Below are positions 7,475-19,620 of a DNA stretch of 64,000 nt, in pieces. The DNA comes from Lysobacterales bacterium (lineage in GTDB: Bacteria > Pseudomonadota > Gammaproteobacteria > Xanthomonadales > SZUA-5). The DNA lies in contig JALHMH010000013.1 of assembly GCA_022844165.1 (NCBI GenBank), positions 1 to 64,000 on the forward strand. The letters run 5' to 3'. Position 1 is the stretch's first letter; every line of letters begins with the position of its first letter. The translations under genes and the position numbers were made by a program. Under the pieces are notes generated by a model. The model did no database searches. It was not told the origin of the DNA and saw only the letters and a program-made list of their open reading frames with translations.

Positions 7475-9973
7475 ATGAAACCCCTATTCAATCTCCGCAC
7501 ACAACCCATCGAAGCCGTTGTCTTGCGGGTGACGATGTGGCTACTCGCGTTTTTCAGCCTTGTGGCGATCGCAGCCACATTGACTCTACACCCGCCGACA
7601 TCTGCTGCCGCGGCTGCCTCTCATATCGGAATTCCAGTCGCGATCTCGATTGCCTGTGGCGCGGCGATGTTACTGGCGCGAATCGGCCGACCGCGCATCG
7701 GTGCCTGCGTCGTGCTGGCGGTGACCTATCTGGCCGTAGTGCAGTACCTCATCGTGTCGGGATTGGGCTTGCGCAGTCACGCCACCGGGCTGTTTGCGTT
7801 GCTCATTATTGCTGTAGCGCTTTTGATTGGTTATCGCGCCAGCCTCTGGGCTGCCGCTGTCGCGATTGTCACGGTGATCGGTTTGTACGCGCTTGAGTCA
7901 AGTGGGTGGTCAATCGATCAGGAGGCGGTACAAGCGCTTCGCTCCGATAACATTCTGGTGGTCTATTGCATCCTGTTCGGCGGAACCGCCACGATGCTTT
8001 ACCTGTTTTCGAAGGCACTCCACGACTCACTTCGCGCGACCAGCGACCAGGAGCAGCGTTTCCGGCAGTTGATCGACCAGGCGCCTTACGGATATGTGAT
8101 GCACCGGGACGGCCACGTCTTGATGGTCAACCGCGTTGCTGCCGCAGCAACAGGCTTGGACACACCAGAGCACGCCATCGGCAGGAGCATTTTTGAGCTG
8201 TTGCCGGCTGAACAGCGGCAATTCGCCGGCGCACGGGTCGCTGCGGCTGATGTTGCGGCGCCTGGCAGCGACACGCCGGCCGAGTATCGGCTGACCGACC
8301 AGCGCGGACGCGAACGGCGAATAGAGGCGCTGACGATGCGACTGATGCTCTCCGACGGGCCGACGCTGCTGACAGTGCTACGCGACGTGACCCGCGAGCG
8401 CGAGACCTCCGCCGCACTTCAGATTGCCAAACAGGAGGCAGAATCGGCCAGCGCGGCGAAGTCGCAGTTTTTGGCAAATATGAGCCACGAGATACGGACG
8501 CCACTCAATGGTGTCCTGGGAATGGCGGATTTGCTGCAGGGTACCGCGCTGGGCGCCGAACAGCGACGCTATTGCAACGCCATCAGGGCATCGGGACGTG
8601 CGCTGCACGACCTGCTCGGCGATATTCTGGATCTGGCCAAGATCGAAGCCGGCAAAATCGAACTGGAGCAGGAGGACTTTGAGCCTTCGCGCCTGATTGA
8701 TGAGCTGGTGACTGCTTACCGGGAACTGTCGACGGCGCGCGGCAACAACTTTCGCACGACCATCCAGCTGCCTGCGGGCCTGAGGTTAACGGGAGATTCG
8801 TTACGGCTAAGGCAGGTCTTGACCAACCTGCTTGGCAATGCCATCAAGTTCACGGAAAACGGCTGGATTGAACTTGGCGTGCAAGCGCAGCCACCGCGAG
8901 CGAGCGACCACCGTCGGTGGGTGTGCTTCACGGTGCGCGACAGCGGCATCGGCATGAGCAGCGAGACCGTGCGCAAGCTGTTCCAACCCTTCTGTCAGGC
9001 TGACAGTTCGACGACAAGGCAGTACGGCGGCACTGGACTGGGACTGACGATCGTGAAGCATCTTGTCGATCTCATGGGTGGATCGATCGACGTCGACAGC
9101 AATCCGGGCAGCGGCTCGGAATTCCGTGTCGAGCTACCGTTTGCGCCGGCACACGCCGCGCTTGCTGCGCCAGCGGTGGAGACGCCGACCACCGCCGAAA
9201 CGGCAGGTGTATCGCTGACCGTGCTGCTGGTCGAGGACAACGACATCAATCAGGATGTGGCCTGCACCATGCTGGGCAAAGCCGGGCATCGCGTGGAAGT
9301 CGCTGGCGACGGTGCCCAGGCGCTATACAAATTTGTCCATGGGAAATTCGACCTCATACTTATGGATTGCCAGATGCCGGTGATGGACGGCTTCGAGGCC
9401 GCACGTGGCATTCGCGCACGCGAAGCCAAGACCGGTACGAATCGCACGCGGATCGTCGCGCTGACCGCCAACGCCATGGCTGGGGACCGCGAGCGCTGTC
9501 TGGCAGCCGGCATGGATGACGTTCTGTCCAAGCCCTTTGATGCGATGTCTTTGCTCGCAGCGGTGGCGCGCACCTCCACGTGTGCGTCACCCGAGGCACG
9601 TCGCGACGAAAAGCCGGTTTCGTTCGATCCGGTCGTATTCGAAGAATTGGTCAAGCTGGATCGCGACACGCCCGGTCTTCTGGCCAAATTCACCGGCCGA
9701 TTTATCGATGGCACGCCGGCACTCATAGACTGCGTGGCCGGGATCACTCGCGAAACGTCCGTCGCTGCCGAGAGAGCCGCGCATTCGCTCAGGTCGACCA
9801 GTGCGTACTTTGGCGCTATGGCATTGGCAGGGCTTGCCGCCGAAGCCGAAGCCGCCGCGAAGGCGGGCCGGATTGACGAGGCGCGTATCCTGGGCGCGGC
9901 GATGCGAGTGGAGTTCGACCGGGCCATCGACCGCATGCCACAACAGGGTGCGAACATGTGCACGATGGGATAA
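7475..9973 (+). CDS. Hybrid sensor histidine kinase/response regulator (TM-PAS-HisKA-HATPase-REC-HPt)
   Basis: [16 protein letters not shown]-box, [25 protein letters not shown] '[11 protein letters not shown]...KPF', HPt 'AHSLRSTS'. Confidence 0.95.
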   Translation: MKPLFNLRTQPIEAVVLRVTMWLLAFFSLVAIAATLTLHPPTSAAAAASHIGIPVAISIACGAAMLLARIGRPRIGACVVLAVTYLAVVQYLIVSGLGLRSHATGLFALLIIAVALLIGYRASLWAAAVAIVTVIGLYALESSGWSIDQEAVQALRSDNILVVYCILFGGTATMLYLFSKALHDSLRATSDQEQRFRQLIDQAPYGYVMHRDGHVLMVNRVAAAATGLDTPEHAIGRSIFELLPAEQRQFAGARVAAADVAAPGSDTPAEYRLTDQRGRERRIEALTMRLMLSDGPTLLTVLRDVTRERETSAALQIAKQEAESASAAKSQFLANMSHEIRTPLNGVLGMADLLQGTALGAEQRRYCNAIRASGRALHDLLGDILDLAKIEAGKIELEQEDFEPSRLIDELVTAYRELSTARGNNFRTTIQLPAGLRLTGDSLRLRQVLTNLLGNAIKFTENGWIELGVQAQPPRASDHRRWVCFTVRDSGIGMSSETVRKLFQPFCQADSSTTRQYGGTGLGLTIVKHLVDLMGGSIDVDSNPGSGSEFRVELPFAPAHAALAAPAVETPTTAETAGVSLTVLLVEDNDINQDVACTMLGKAGHRVEVAGDGAQALYKFVHGKFDLILMDCQMPVMDGFEAARGIRAREAKTGTNRTRIVALTANAMAGDRERCLAAGMDDVLSKPFDAMSLLAAVARTSTCASPEARRDEKPVSFDPVVFEELVKLDRDTPGLLAKFTGRFIDGTPALIDCVAGITRETSVAAERAAHSLRSTSAYFGAMALAGLAAEAEAAAKAGRIDEARILGAAMRVEFDRAIDRMPQQGANMCTMG

Positions 9974-10109
9974 CTTTCGGTCGAAACGCGACCTGCTCGA
10001 ATTTGCTGGCAAATACCGCGTTGGGAAAGGACCGGATGAATCGCGCCTGCGATGCGCTGACGGTCACGACGACTCGCGACCCTTGTCAGCGCAACCAGAT
10101 TTTCCGAGC

Positions 10110-11147
10110 ATGGACGCCCACCCAGACCATCGCCGAAGCATGCAAGTTGCCATTGATGCGCTGATTCGCTGCGAAACGCTGGACCTTTTTGAAGCGCCCT
10201 GCAAGGTCATGCCGGTTACGCTGCACGAAGCCCATCATGACGAAAAGGCAACCCTTTGCGCTGGGCTTCTGGAGATCGAAGAACAGCAACTCGACTTGTT
10301 TCGACACTCAACGGGCGAACTTGCCTCTTACGCTGCGCGCCGCGCGCTGTTGGAACTCGATCCGCCCACCAGCAGAGTGCATCTCGCGACATTGCGAGGG
10401 ATGACGGGATACCAGCGATTTCTCGCCGACTGCGAGATGTGTATCGAACTGATCGAGCGCCGCGACCTTCGCTGGCTTGACCCGTCGCTCGCGGTAACCT
10501 GGATCCAAGCCGAATTATGGCCGGCGGCCGAACGCTGCCTGCAACTAGATGCGATGCGACTGATTCGCCCCGCTCTGCTCGCCCTGGTCGAAAACTGTCG
10601 CCCGGCGCCACTAGATCCGTCCTGTCGGCAAGCGCATGCCAGCTATCTATGGCAGATGATGGGCCAGCCCATGTTGGCCGTATTGGCGATCGAAAAGGAC
10701 CCTCATTGGCAGCGTCAGATAGAGGGACTGCTGTGGCATGCTGAGCTTAGCGAGCAGGCGCAGATGCACGAACGGACGAATGCCGACGTCCTGGAACTTT
10801 GCCTTGCTTGGCCAGACGCAGCGGAATCCTGGCTCTGTGCCAGCCCCGGCTGGGCCACACGCTGGGGTGCGTGGTGCGAGCTTGACGAGGAGTTGCCGAT
10901 CGGCGCGTTTCCAGCGTGGTGCCGGCTGATGCGCGCCGTCGAGTTTCCACTGCCCGGAGCAGCCGATGAACGACCGGGGGCCCAGTTGCTGCGAACGGCC
11001 GACCTGCTCATCCGCCATCCAGACGATTTGCAACAGCGAAAACGCCTTCAAGCACAGTCGCCAACGCTGCTGGCGGCCTGGCTTGGTACGCGCCGATCAG
11101 CAGCCCACGCCGTCATATCCTCCCGTAGCGCCAGACAACCCCCGTAA
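10110..11147 (+). CDS. Hypothetical helical protein; start uncertain
   Basis: Long ORF with Leu/Ala/Trp-rich, protein-like composition filling the gap between neighbouring genes. No recognised motif. Confidence 0.6.
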   Translation: MDAHPDHRRSMQVAIDALIRCETLDLFEAPCKVMPVTLHEAHHDEKATLCAGLLEIEEQQLDLFRHSTGELASYAARRALLELDPPTSRVHLATLRGMTGYQRFLADCEMCIELIERRDLRWLDPSLAVTWIQAELWPAAERCLQLDAMRLIRPALLALVENCRPAPLDPSCRQAHASYLWQMMGQPMLAVLAIEKDPHWQRQIEGLLWHAELSEQAQMHERTNADVLELCLAWPDAAESWLCASPGWATRWGAWCELDEELPIGAFPAWCRLMRAVEFPLPGAADERPGAQLLRTADLLIRHPDDLQQRKRLQAQSPTLLAAWLGTRRSAAHAVISSRSARQPP

Positions 11148-11214
11148 CACCGAGAGCTGTACATCAGCCCCTTTTGTCCGGCCATTGAAATCAACCTGAG
11201 CTTGCAAAGTGAGG

Positions 11215-12474
11215 TTAATTGCCTTCAAACCCATTGGCAAAGACCGAGTCCAGCCCGATGCGCAGTAACGACTCGATTGTGCTGCCGTTCTGGTCGTAAC
11301 TCGCGTGCAAATAAAGGAATCCATCGTCGGCGAGATTGACAGCGGACACCGAGGTGAAGGTACCGAGGATATCGACCAGGGTGGCATCGCTGACGCCATC
11401 GCCATTGAGGTCGAGTGGACTGCCAGTGCGGGCGATCAGACGCGATAAATCGAGACGGCTGCCGTCGACCGCAAAAAATACTTTACGCACGTTATTGGCG
11501 TTCCACACATGCACCACTTCTCCCCGATTGTTGATGCTTACCGCACGCACGGCGGCGGGCGTGTCGAGGCTCTCGCCGTCATAGCTGCTGCCTTCGCGAA
11601 CCTGCAGGACGCCGTTGCTGGCCAGGAACGCATCGCTGGCGGTGGCACCGCTGGTATCGCCTGCGAGAATCGTCCTGCCAGCATTATTGATCGCGACACC
11701 GGCAAAGCCCTGCCAGTTCTCGCCCGGCGCGGACGCGATTGGATCGCCCTCGCGCGCGACGATGGTTCCGTTGATGCTCACAACGTTGTCGTTGGCAGTA
11801 CTGCCGGTTTCCAGAATCAGCAGTGCGGCAATTCGACTGCCGTTTTGGCTCGTGGCTACGCCAAAGCCGATGCCAACACTGTTGACGGCGAAACCGCCCA
11901 CCAGGTCGCCGCTGCGAAGCAGCGTTTCGAACACAGTTGGCCCTTGCGTGCCGGCCCGCAGCAATATGCGTCCCTCTGTCGCGCCGCCAGACGCAGAGCT
12001 GTATCCGCCAACCCAGAAAGCGCGCCCATCCGGCAGCATGCGAGGGCGACTATTGAACGACGAAAACAGTCCGGCCGTGCCAGGGATGGCCTGCGTTTCC
12101 GCCAGAAGCACGCCATTTTGCGTGTAGATGGCGTCGTTGCCAGCGGCCGAAGGGCTGTACGCGAATCGACCTCCGTTGCCTAAACCCAAAGACGCTTCGC
12201 CACCAACAAGAACCGGGTTAGTGACGCTGCTGCTGTTGAACAATACGGCGCCATCCGACCATACCACTCTCGCGCCGCTCGCTAACACCACCAGCGATCC
12301 AGGCCGGCCCGTGCCATCGGTGAACACCGGATTGAGCGCCATCACCGTGGAACCCTCCAGAGCATCGCCCACCGACAATACCGGCGTGGCGCGAACCAGA
12401 GCCTGAGCCCATGCGGCGGAGCTGCCCAGTGCCAATGCAATAAACAGCAAACAGCGATAATGCGTGATCGACAT
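11215..12474 (-). CDS. Secreted beta-propeller-like protein with C-terminal DSVFANGFE tail
   Basis: Signal peptide MSITHYRCLLFIALALGSSAAWA. Repeated 'AREGD', 'INNAG', 'INNRG' blades. The ORF-track extension to 12750 derives from a repeat. Confidence 0.8.
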   Translation of the reverse strand: MSITHYRCLLFIALALGSSAAWAQALVRATPVLSVGDALEGSTVMALNPVFTDGTGRPGSLVVLASGARVVWSDGAVLFNSSSVTNPVLVGGEASLGLGNGGRFAYSPSAAGNDAIYTQNGVLLAETQAIPGTAGLFSSFNSRPRMLPDGRAFWVGGYSSASGGATEGRILLRAGTQGPTVFETLLRSGDLVGGFAVNSVGIGFGVATSQNGSRIAALLILETGSTANDNVVSINGTIVAREGDPIASAPGENWQGFAGVAINNAGRTILAGDTSGATASDAFLASNGVLQVREGSSYDGESLDTPAAVRAVSINNRGEVVHVWNANNVRKVFFAVDGSRLDLSRLIARTGSPLDLNGDGVSDATLVDILGTFTSVSAVNLADDGFLYLHASYDQNGSTIESLLRIGLDSVFANGFEGN

Positions 12475-12646
12475 CTCAGGTACTCCACGGGTTGGAAGGC
12501 TGCTGTCCCAGACCGGCTTCCGGGACGCCCCTAAGATACGTCTATCCAGGGCACGGTGAACCATCGTCATGTGCCAACACACTTGTGCCCTCGCCTGGCA
12601 CGGGGCGCCCAAACCCCGTACGGCCGCGAATTCGATCGAAAACGAA

Positions 12647-12762
12647 CTAGCGAGGCTTCGCCTCAGACTGCCGAGCATTGTTGGCTTCGCCAGACACCGT
12701 ACTTGCCACACCCCCATTGAGCGCTGCGCGCCTTTCCGGCCCGGCGGCACAGCCGCCGGTCG
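12647..12762 (-). repeat. Right-part copy of dispersed repeat family A
   Basis: Reverse complement aligns over about 110 bp with 37113-37221 (CGAAGCCAACAATGCTCGGCRGTCTGAGGCGRAGCCTCGYTAG). Confidence 0.8.
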
Positions 12763-12863
12763 AGCATTGCTGCCTTCGCTCGACAGCGAAACTGCGGGAG
12801 AATGCTCGCCACGAAGTGAATCTCGTCGCCCTTACGCACCATGGATCGAACGGACCACCCACA

Positions 12864-13511
12864 GTGATCGATAAAGTCGCGGATGTACCCGCAACAACCC
12901 CGCGCGTCGATAAGCCCTGTGCGCCAGCGACCGAACGCAATCGTGAGCCAATTGAACGGGTTCTGCGCACGTTCTTTGCTGACCGCCGGCATGTACTCGA
13001 AATCGGCAGCGGCACCGGACAACATGCTGTGCATTTCGCCAGCGTGTTCCCTCATCTGGTCTGGCAGACCTCCGACCGTGCCGAGAATCTCGCCGGCATC
13101 GGCGCTTGGTTGGCGGACGCGCGACTGCCAAACGCACCCGCTCCGCTGCGGCTGGATGTCGGCGGCATCTGGCCCACGGCTCGCTTTGACGCTGGCTTCA
13201 GTGCCAACACATTGCACATCATGAGTTGGGACGAGGTCGAACGGATGTTTTGCGGGCTGGATCAGGTCTTGAGCGACGACGCGGTTGTGGTCATCTACGG
13301 ACCGTTCAACGTCAACGGCGAGTTCACCAGCGACAGCAACCGAGACTTCGATCTGGCCTTGAAGGCCGACGCTCCGCACCGGGGGATTCGTGACCTGGCA
13401 GACGTTGATGCCCTCGCCAGCACCATCGGCCTTCAGCTGATTGCCGATGTGGCAATGCCCGCCAATAACCGTTGCCTCGTCTGGCAGCGGACCAGGAACG
13501 ATGTGATCTGA
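12864..13511 (+). CDS. DUF938 family SAM-dependent methyltransferase
   Basis: 'APATERNREPI', VLEIGSGTGQHA, WQTSD, ANTLHIM, YGPF, SN..FD..L, MPANN motifs. Confidence 0.92.
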   Translation: MIDKVADVPATTPRVDKPCAPATERNREPIERVLRTFFADRRHVLEIGSGTGQHAVHFASVFPHLVWQTSDRAENLAGIGAWLADARLPNAPAPLRLDVGGIWPTARFDAGFSANTLHIMSWDEVERMFCGLDQVLSDDAVVVIYGPFNVNGEFTSDSNRDFDLALKADAPHRGIRDLADVDALASTIGLQLIADVAMPANNRCLVWQRTRNDVI

Positions 13512-13826
13512 CTGAATCGCGGCGGCATGATGATCTGGAATGCGGCCCTTTCGCCGGTGCGGGCTTCACGTCTCCGCAACATCGGAGCCGGAACGCGTTA
13601 AGAGTGTCGAATCTGGATGTTGCTTCCCGCCCGTTGTTCGGAACCGAGTCTAACCAGCAACAGTCAGGCGACACCCGGCGGCCGCCGCACACGGTCAACA
13701 ATCGGCCGCTGCCGGCACGAACTGCACTGCACACTCAACCACAACAGCACCGGCGACCTCGACGGATGTTCGCTTTCGATGCGCTCAGACATTCAAGGCT
13801 GAAACAACACGGTTGGAGGCTTGGCC

Positions 13827-16259
13827 ATGCGTTCCCTGATTGCCTTCGCGCTGCTGGTTGCGACCCAGTCCGCAGCCGCACAACAAATCCGCTGCGTCAG
13901 CACAGTCGACCAGCTCAATGCGGCGGCGCAGGTTGCCGCCGACGAGGAGGTCGAAATCCGAATCGTGACTGGCACTTACGATGTCACCCAGACCTGCCTG
14001 GACTCCGACTCGCTGCTCGCCTGCGAGACGCCTGACAACAACATCCGCTTCCGTGGTGGCTACAACAGCAACTGCAGCTCACGCAGCACCGATCCAGCGC
14101 TGACGGTGATCACGGCACCTGGCCGTAACCTGCAGCTGACCCGTCTGCTCAACATCGTGGACATCGGCGTCGATCGCTTGACCTTTCGCAACATCCGCTT
14201 CCTTCGCGTCGTCGAGGAGGGCGGCCTCGACAGCAATGTCCAAGCCGACGTCGAACGCGTGTGGTTCGATCAAGTAGGGCTCGCCGAAGTCACCGCCGAC
14301 ACGGTGAATTTCCGCAATAACCTGGTCACGCGCTCAGGCAATAGCATCGCCAATGCCTCCATTTTCTTCGACTCAACCATCGATAATCTGCGACTGGACG
14401 GCAATACCTTCGCCGACAACCTGCATGGGATCGTGTGTCGCGACTGCGTGGGCACCGCTCGCAATAACATTTTCTGGAACAATGGTTTCGATCTGCGCGT
14501 CGAGGGCGACAACAGCGGAGTTAGTCTCGTTCTGTCCAACAACGTGATTAGCTCGATCGTATCTGAGGCACCGCTGACGGTGGCTCCGGTCGGCAGTAGT
14601 ACGGCCAATCCGCTTTTCGTCAATGCCGCTGCGCAAAATTACCGCCTGCAAAACACCTCGCCGGTCATCAACACCGGCACGCCCATCGGCCTCGCGCAAA
14701 CCGGCAGCGATCACGTTGGCAATGTGCGCTGGTTCGGCACGCTGCCGGACCGCGGCGCCTTCGAATCCTCGGTGGGCACCACCGCAACCACCATCACCGT
14801 CACCAATACCAACGACAGCGGCGCGGGATCGTTGCGCCAGGCGATCCTGGACGCCAACGTTTCGTCCAACTTGAACCGCATCCACTTCGATATCGGCAGC
14901 ACCTGCGGCCCGCGCATCATCAACCTCGCCACGCCGCTGCCGACGATCACCGGCCCGGTGGTGATCGATGGCTACACCCAGCCTGGCTCGGCGCGCAACA
15001 CCGCGCCCACAGCCAGCAATGCGGTGCGCTGCATCGGGATCAACGGCCAGGGTAGCGTGTTCAACGGAATCTCCACCGACACCGATGACACGGTGGCGGT
15101 CACCATCGACGGCATCGGCTTCGGCGGCTTCAGCTTCATCGCACTCAATCTGACCGGCGGCAATGGCCATCGCCTCGTTGGTTCGCAGTTCGGCGGCCAA
15201 ATCGGGCCAGCCTCGAACCTGATCACGCTGCTGCCCAGTGTCAATGGCGTGCAAGTGGGCTCACTGCTCGGCAGCGCAGCGGCGGGTGTCGACATCGGCG
15301 GGCCCGATCCAGCTGAGCGCAACGTATTCTCCGACAGCACCGACGCGGCGGTCCGCATCGGCGGCGGCGCGCGCAATACCAACATCGTCAACAACTACAT
15401 CGGCGTCGGCCCCGGCGGCAGCACGAGCACCGAAGCCAACCGCGATGGCATCGTTATCGCCGGCCGCTTCACCACGGTCACCGGCAACACGATTAGCAAC
15501 AACACCCGCCACGGCATCCTTGTCACCGGAAGCAACGCGCGCGGGACCGAGATCAACAACAATCGCATCGGCATCAGCGCACTCTGTCCGCCGCTGGGCT
15601 GCGGCAGCACCTTCGGCAATGCCGAGGACGGTATCCGCTTCGACAACGCCGCGGCCGATGCGGTCGTCGACGAAAACCAGATTCGCTTCAATGGCGACGA
15701 TGGCGTGGTGATCACCGGCGACGCGGTGCGCATCGCCGTGCTGCGCAACACCATCACCGACAACGGTGAGCAGCCGATCGACTTGTCCGACGACGGCGCC
15801 AGCCAGAACACCAACAACTCAGCACCGGTGCCGGCTGGCTCTGGCAACTTCCGCCAGAACCGCCCGTTGCTGACCAGCGCGATCGGTCAGGGCGCCTCAA
15901 GTCTGGCAGCGGGTGTGGTCAACGGCAGCCTGAACTCCAGCAATGGCACCTACCGCATCGACTTCTATGCGGCAATCGACTGCCCGCTGCCGATCATCTT
16001 CGGCAGCGGCTCGCCGCAAACCTGGCTCGGCGCCACCTTCACCACGATCAGCAACGGCAGCGGAAGCTTCGACGGCAGTGCGAACTACAGCGGCATCATC
16101 GCCGCGGCCGGCGATCCCGACTTCTTCGCCACGCCACGCCTGATCGCCGCCACCGCGACACGCATGACCAGCAATGCCGACAGTCAGCCGCGCAGCACCT
16201 CTGAGGTATCGAGCTGCATCTCGTTCGACGCGCGGCTGCTGGCAGATGGGTTCGAGTAA
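13827..16259 (+). CDS. Secreted right-handed beta-helix protein (choice-of-anchor Q / CSLREA-like) with C-terminal DARLLADGFE tail
   Basis: Signal peptide. 'NPLFV...NYRLQ..SPVINTG...D..G..R.....DRGAFE', 'TVTNTNDSGAGSLRQAI', and many Asn-ladder repeats. Confidence 0.85.
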   Translation: MRSLIAFALLVATQSAAAQQIRCVSTVDQLNAAAQVAADEEVEIRIVTGTYDVTQTCLDSDSLLACETPDNNIRFRGGYNSNCSSRSTDPALTVITAPGRNLQLTRLLNIVDIGVDRLTFRNIRFLRVVEEGGLDSNVQADVERVWFDQVGLAEVTADTVNFRNNLVTRSGNSIANASIFFDSTIDNLRLDGNTFADNLHGIVCRDCVGTARNNIFWNNGFDLRVEGDNSGVSLVLSNNVISSIVSEAPLTVAPVGSSTANPLFVNAAAQNYRLQNTSPVINTGTPIGLAQTGSDHVGNVRWFGTLPDRGAFESSVGTTATTITVTNTNDSGAGSLRQAILDANVSSNLNRIHFDIGSTCGPRIINLATPLPTITGPVVIDGYTQPGSARNTAPTASNAVRCIGINGQGSVFNGISTDTDDTVAVTIDGIGFGGFSFIALNLTGGNGHRLVGSQFGGQIGPASNLITLLPSVNGVQVGSLLGSAAAGVDIGGPDPAERNVFSDSTDAAVRIGGGARNTNIVNNYIGVGPGGSTSTEANRDGIVIAGRFTTVTGNTISNNTRHGILVTGSNARGTEINNNRIGISALCPPLGCGSTFGNAEDGIRFDNAAADAVVDENQIRFNGDDGVVITGDAVRIAVLRNTITDNGEQPIDLSDDGASQNTNNSAPVPAGSGNFRQNRPLLTSAIGQGASSLAAGVVNGSLNSSNGTYRIDFYAAIDCPLPIIFGSGSPQTWLGATFTTISNGSGSFDGSANYSGIIAAAGDPDFFATPRLIAATATRMTSNADSQPRSTSEVSSCISFDARLLADGFE

Positions 16260-16621
16260 GCCGGTGCTCGCCAATGGCGGGCAAGGTGTTTGCGCAGAGC
16301 GGCACCTCCTCGACGATCCCGACCGTGAACGACTTGCATCGTCCTGAGGATTCGGGCCGCGTATAGTGCGACCAGGACGATCGCGAGCATAACGCGTGAT
16401 CATCATGGCGATTCGCTACTCGCCTTGTTCTCTGGCGCGCTTTCAGCCATTGCCCTGACCATCGGGCGCTGTTCGTCACCTTCTGCAATTGACACGCTGC
16501 AGGCTTCGCTGGTTGAGAAGTGTCCGCGCGCCACGACGTTGGCAGACCTGCGATCTGATCCGCTGCTATCTTCGAATCCCGCTAGTCACATTGCTCCCCG
16601 ACTCCGATTGGAACCCGACGC

Positions 16622-17215
16622 ATGCCACTGGTTGCCCCGCTATCCCCCGATGCCAATTCCGAAGTTGCCGAAATGGCAAAGTTCTTCAACGAGACCTTGG
16701 GCTTCTGCCCTAACAGTGTACTGACGATGCAGCGGCGGCCCAACATCGCCAAAGCCTTTATCCAGCTCAACATGGCGGTGATGCAGAACCAGGGGCGCGT
16801 GACCAGTGCGCTAAAGCGCCTGATCGGCTACATCTCGTCCACTGCGGCCGGCTGCAACTATTGTCAGGCGCACACGATTCGGGCTGCCGAGCGCTACGGC
16901 GCCGAGGCGGAAAAACTGGCCAATGCCTGGGATTACCTGACGCACCCGGCATTCAGTGAGGCCGAGCGCGCGGCGCTGGATTTTGCCCGTGCCGCCAGCG
17001 TGGTTCCCAATGCCACCGACCCAGCCATCGCCGAGGCGCTTCACGCCCATTGGGACGAGGGCGAGATCGTGGAGATTCTCGGCGTCATTGCCCTATTCGG
17101 CTATCTCAACCGATGGAACGACTCGATGGGGACAGCACTTGAGGGGCCGGCGATCCAATCTGGCCAGCAATGGCTGAGCAATACGCGTTGGCAGGTGGGC
17201 AAACATCAGGGGTAA
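16622..17215 (+). CDS. Carboxymuconolactone decarboxylase/AhpD-like peroxidase-related protein
   Basis: GCNYCQAH CxxC motif, 'FSEAERAALDFA', 'EIVEI..VIALFGYLNRWND'. Confidence 0.9.
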   Translation: MPLVAPLSPDANSEVAEMAKFFNETLGFCPNSVLTMQRRPNIAKAFIQLNMAVMQNQGRVTSALKRLIGYISSTAAGCNYCQAHTIRAAERYGAEAEKLANAWDYLTHPAFSEAERAALDFARAASVVPNATDPAIAEALHAHWDEGEIVEILGVIALFGYLNRWNDSMGTALEGPAIQSGQQWLSNTRWQVGKHQG

Positions 17216-17244
17216 TGAGGCTTCGTCTCAGACCGACAAGCATT
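17213..17244 (-). repeat. Terminal fragment of repeat family A between convergent genes
   Basis: TAATGAGGCTTCGTCTCAGACCGACAAGCATT matches the family A end and overlaps the TAA stop of the upstream gene. Confidence 0.65.
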
Positions 17245-17247
17245 CCC

Positions 17248-19620
17248 TCATGCCGCTTTTCGGCGCGCCAATCGCATCCAGGTCTCAACGACGGTGTCGG
17301 GGTTGAGCGAGACACTCTCGATGCCCTCGTCGACCAGCCATTCGGCGAGATCGGGATGATCGCTCGGGCCCTGGCCGCAGATGCCGATGTACTTGCCGCG
17401 CGCGCGCGCGGCTTTGATGGCCATCGATAACAACGCTTTGACGGCATCATTGCGCTCATCGAACAAACTGGCCACAATGGCCGAATCGCGATCCAGGCCC
17501 AGAGTGAGCTGCGTCAGATCGTTCGAGCCGATCGAGAAACCGTCGAAATGCTCGAGGAAAGCGTCGGCCAAAAGTGCGTTTGACGGCAGCTCGCACATCA
17601 TGATCACCTTGAGATCGTTTTCGCCGCGCTTGAGCCCAAACTTAGCGAGCGTTGCGATCACCCGCTGCCCTTCGTCGACGGTTCGCACGAACGGAATCAT
17701 CGCCCAGGCATTGTCCAGGCCCATGATCTCGCGCACTTTTTTGAGCGCGCGGCATTCGAGCTCAAAGCACGGTTCGAAACTCGGATCCACGTAGCGCGAA
17801 GCGCCGCGGAAGCCGATCATCGGATTCTCCTCTTCGGGTTCGTACGCGCGCCCGCCCAGCAGGTTCGCGTATTCGTTCGACTTGAAATCCGACAAGCGCA
17901 CGATCACCGGGTGCGGCGCAAACGCCGCGGTGATGGTCGCAATGCCCTCGGCCAGGCGATCCACATAAAAGTCCACGGGGCTGGCATAGCCTGCGATCCG
18001 CTGATCGATCTTTGCGCGAATATCGGCAGGCTGTTGCTCGTATTCGAGCAGCGCCTTGGGGTGAATGCCGATATGCGCGGCGATGATCATCTCCAGTCGC
18101 GCCAGACCAACGCCGGCGTGCGGCAACATCGCAAAATCAAAAGCGCGTTCCGGGTTGGCGACGTTCATCATGATTTTGATCGGTGGCGTCGGCATCGCAC
18201 CCAAATGCGCTTCGACGCGATCGAAGCGCATCGTTCCTTCGTAGATGAATCCGGTGTCGCCTTCGGCGCACGACACGGTCACCACCGTACCGCTGGCGAC
18301 GGTTTTTGTGGCATCGCCGCAACCAACGACCGCTGGAATGCCCAGTTCGCGCGCAATGATCGCCGCGTGACACGTGCGGCCACCGCGATTGGTGACGATC
18401 GCGCTGGCGCGTTTCATCACCGGTTCCCAATCCGGATCGGTCATATCGGTGACCAGCACATCGCCGGGCTGCACACGGTCCATATCGTCGATCGAACGCA
18501 CCACCTTGGCGGCGCCGATGCCGATTTTTTGGCCAATCGCGCGGCCTTCGGAGAGCACCACACCGCGCTGCATCAGCTTGTACTTCTCTTGCACCTGGGC
18601 ATGCCCGCGGCTCTTCACCGTTTCCGGGCGCGCCTGTACAATGTAGAGCTTGCCGGTCAACCCATCTTTGGCCCATTCGATATCCATCGGCCGGCCATAG
18701 TGTTTTTCGATGGTGACCGCCTGGCGTGCCAGTTCATGCAAGTCCTCATCGCTAAGGGCAAAGCGGCGCTGCTCGGATGATTCGGTGGCGAGCGTGCGCA
18801 CCCGCTCCCCGGGCGCGTCGCTGTAGATCATCTTGATCTCTTTGGAGCCGATGGTCTTGCGCAGTACGGCGTGCTGGGCGCGAGCCAGCGAGGGTTTGTA
18901 GACATAGTACTCATCGGGGTTGACAGCGCCCTGCACCACCAGTTCGCCGAGCCCATAACTGGCGGTGATAAAAACCACGTCCGGAAAACCGCTTTCGGTG
19001 TCGAGCGTGAACATCACGCCGGAAGAACCGACATCGGAGCGCACCATTTGCTGTACCCCAGCCGAGAGATACACATCCTCGTGCTTGAAGCCGTGGTGCA
19101 CACGGTAGGCAATTGCGCGGTCGTTGTACAACGATGCGAAGACCTTCTTGATTTTTGCCAACACCAGATCCGATCCGCTGACGTTCAAGTACGTCTCTTG
19201 TTGACCGGCGAACGAAGCGTCTGGCAGGTCTTCCGCCGTGGCCGAAGAACGCACGGCAACGGCCGCGTTTTCCACGCCGATGCGCGTGCACAATTGCGCA
19301 TATGCCGCGCGCACTTCGCGCTCGAATGCATCCGGAAACACACCATTTTCGACCCATCCGCGGATCTCTTTGCCGGCACGCGCCAGCTCTACGACGTCTT
19401 CGATATCCAGCGCTTGCAGGCGAGCGAAAATTCGCTCGCTTAGCTGATTCGCTGCAATGAACTCGGCGAAGGCCGCAGCGGTCGTCGCGAAACCACCGGG
19501 GACGCTGACGCCAACATGCGCGAGGCTGCCGATCATCTCGCCCAAGGATGCGTTCTTGCCGCCAACGCGATGCAAATCGCCCATGCCCAGCTGGTCCAAC
19601 CACAATACTCGTTCGCTCAC
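17248..19620 (-). CDS. ppsA: Phosphoenolpyruvate synthase
   Basis: [46 protein letters not shown] (phospho-His), [12 protein letters not shown]. 790 aa. Confidence 0.98.
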   Translation of the reverse strand: MSERVLWLDQLGMGDLHRVGGKNASLGEMIGSLAHVGVSVPGGFATTAAAFAEFIAANQLSERIFARLQALDIEDVVELARAGKEIRGWVENGVFPDAFEREVRAAYAQLCTRIGVENAAVAVRSSATAEDLPDASFAGQQETYLNVSGSDLVLAKIKKVFASLYNDRAIAYRVHHGFKHEDVYLSAGVQQMVRSDVGSSGVMFTLDTESGFPDVVFITASYGLGELVVQGAVNPDEYYVYKPSLARAQHAVLRKTIGSKEIKMIYSDAPGERVRTLATESSEQRRFALSDEDLHELARQAVTIEKHYGRPMDIEWAKDGLTGKLYIVQARPETVKSRGHAQVQEKYKLMQRGVVLSEGRAIGQKIGIGAAKVVRSIDDMDRVQPGDVLVTDMTDPDWEPVMKRASAIVTNRGGRTCHAAIIARELGIPAVVGCGDATKTVASGTVVTVSCAEGDTGFIYEGTMRFDRVEAHLGAMPTPPIKIMMNVANPERAFDFAMLPHAGVGLARLEMIIAAHIGIHPKALLEYEQQPADIRAKIDQRIAGYASPVDFYVDRLAEGIATITAAFAPHPVIVRLSDFKSNEYANLLGGRAYEPEEENPMIGFRGASRYVDPSFEPCFELECRALKKVREIMGLDNAWAMIPFVRTVDEGQRVIATLAKFGLKRGENDLKVIMMCELPSNALLADAFLEHFDGFSIGSNDLTQLTLGLDRDSAIVASLFDERNDAVKALLSMAIKAARARGKYIGICGQGPSDHPDLAEWLVDEGIESVSLNPDTVVETWMRLARRKAA

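Noticed and set aside
6346-7578. 410-aa minus-strand ORF
   Set aside because: Antisense to hemerythrin and runs through a repeat remnant. No motifs and atypical composition.
12474-12864. N-terminal extensions of the two divergent ORFs
   Set aside because: They read through repeat family A. The signal peptide and DUF938 motifs begin at 12474 and about 12864.
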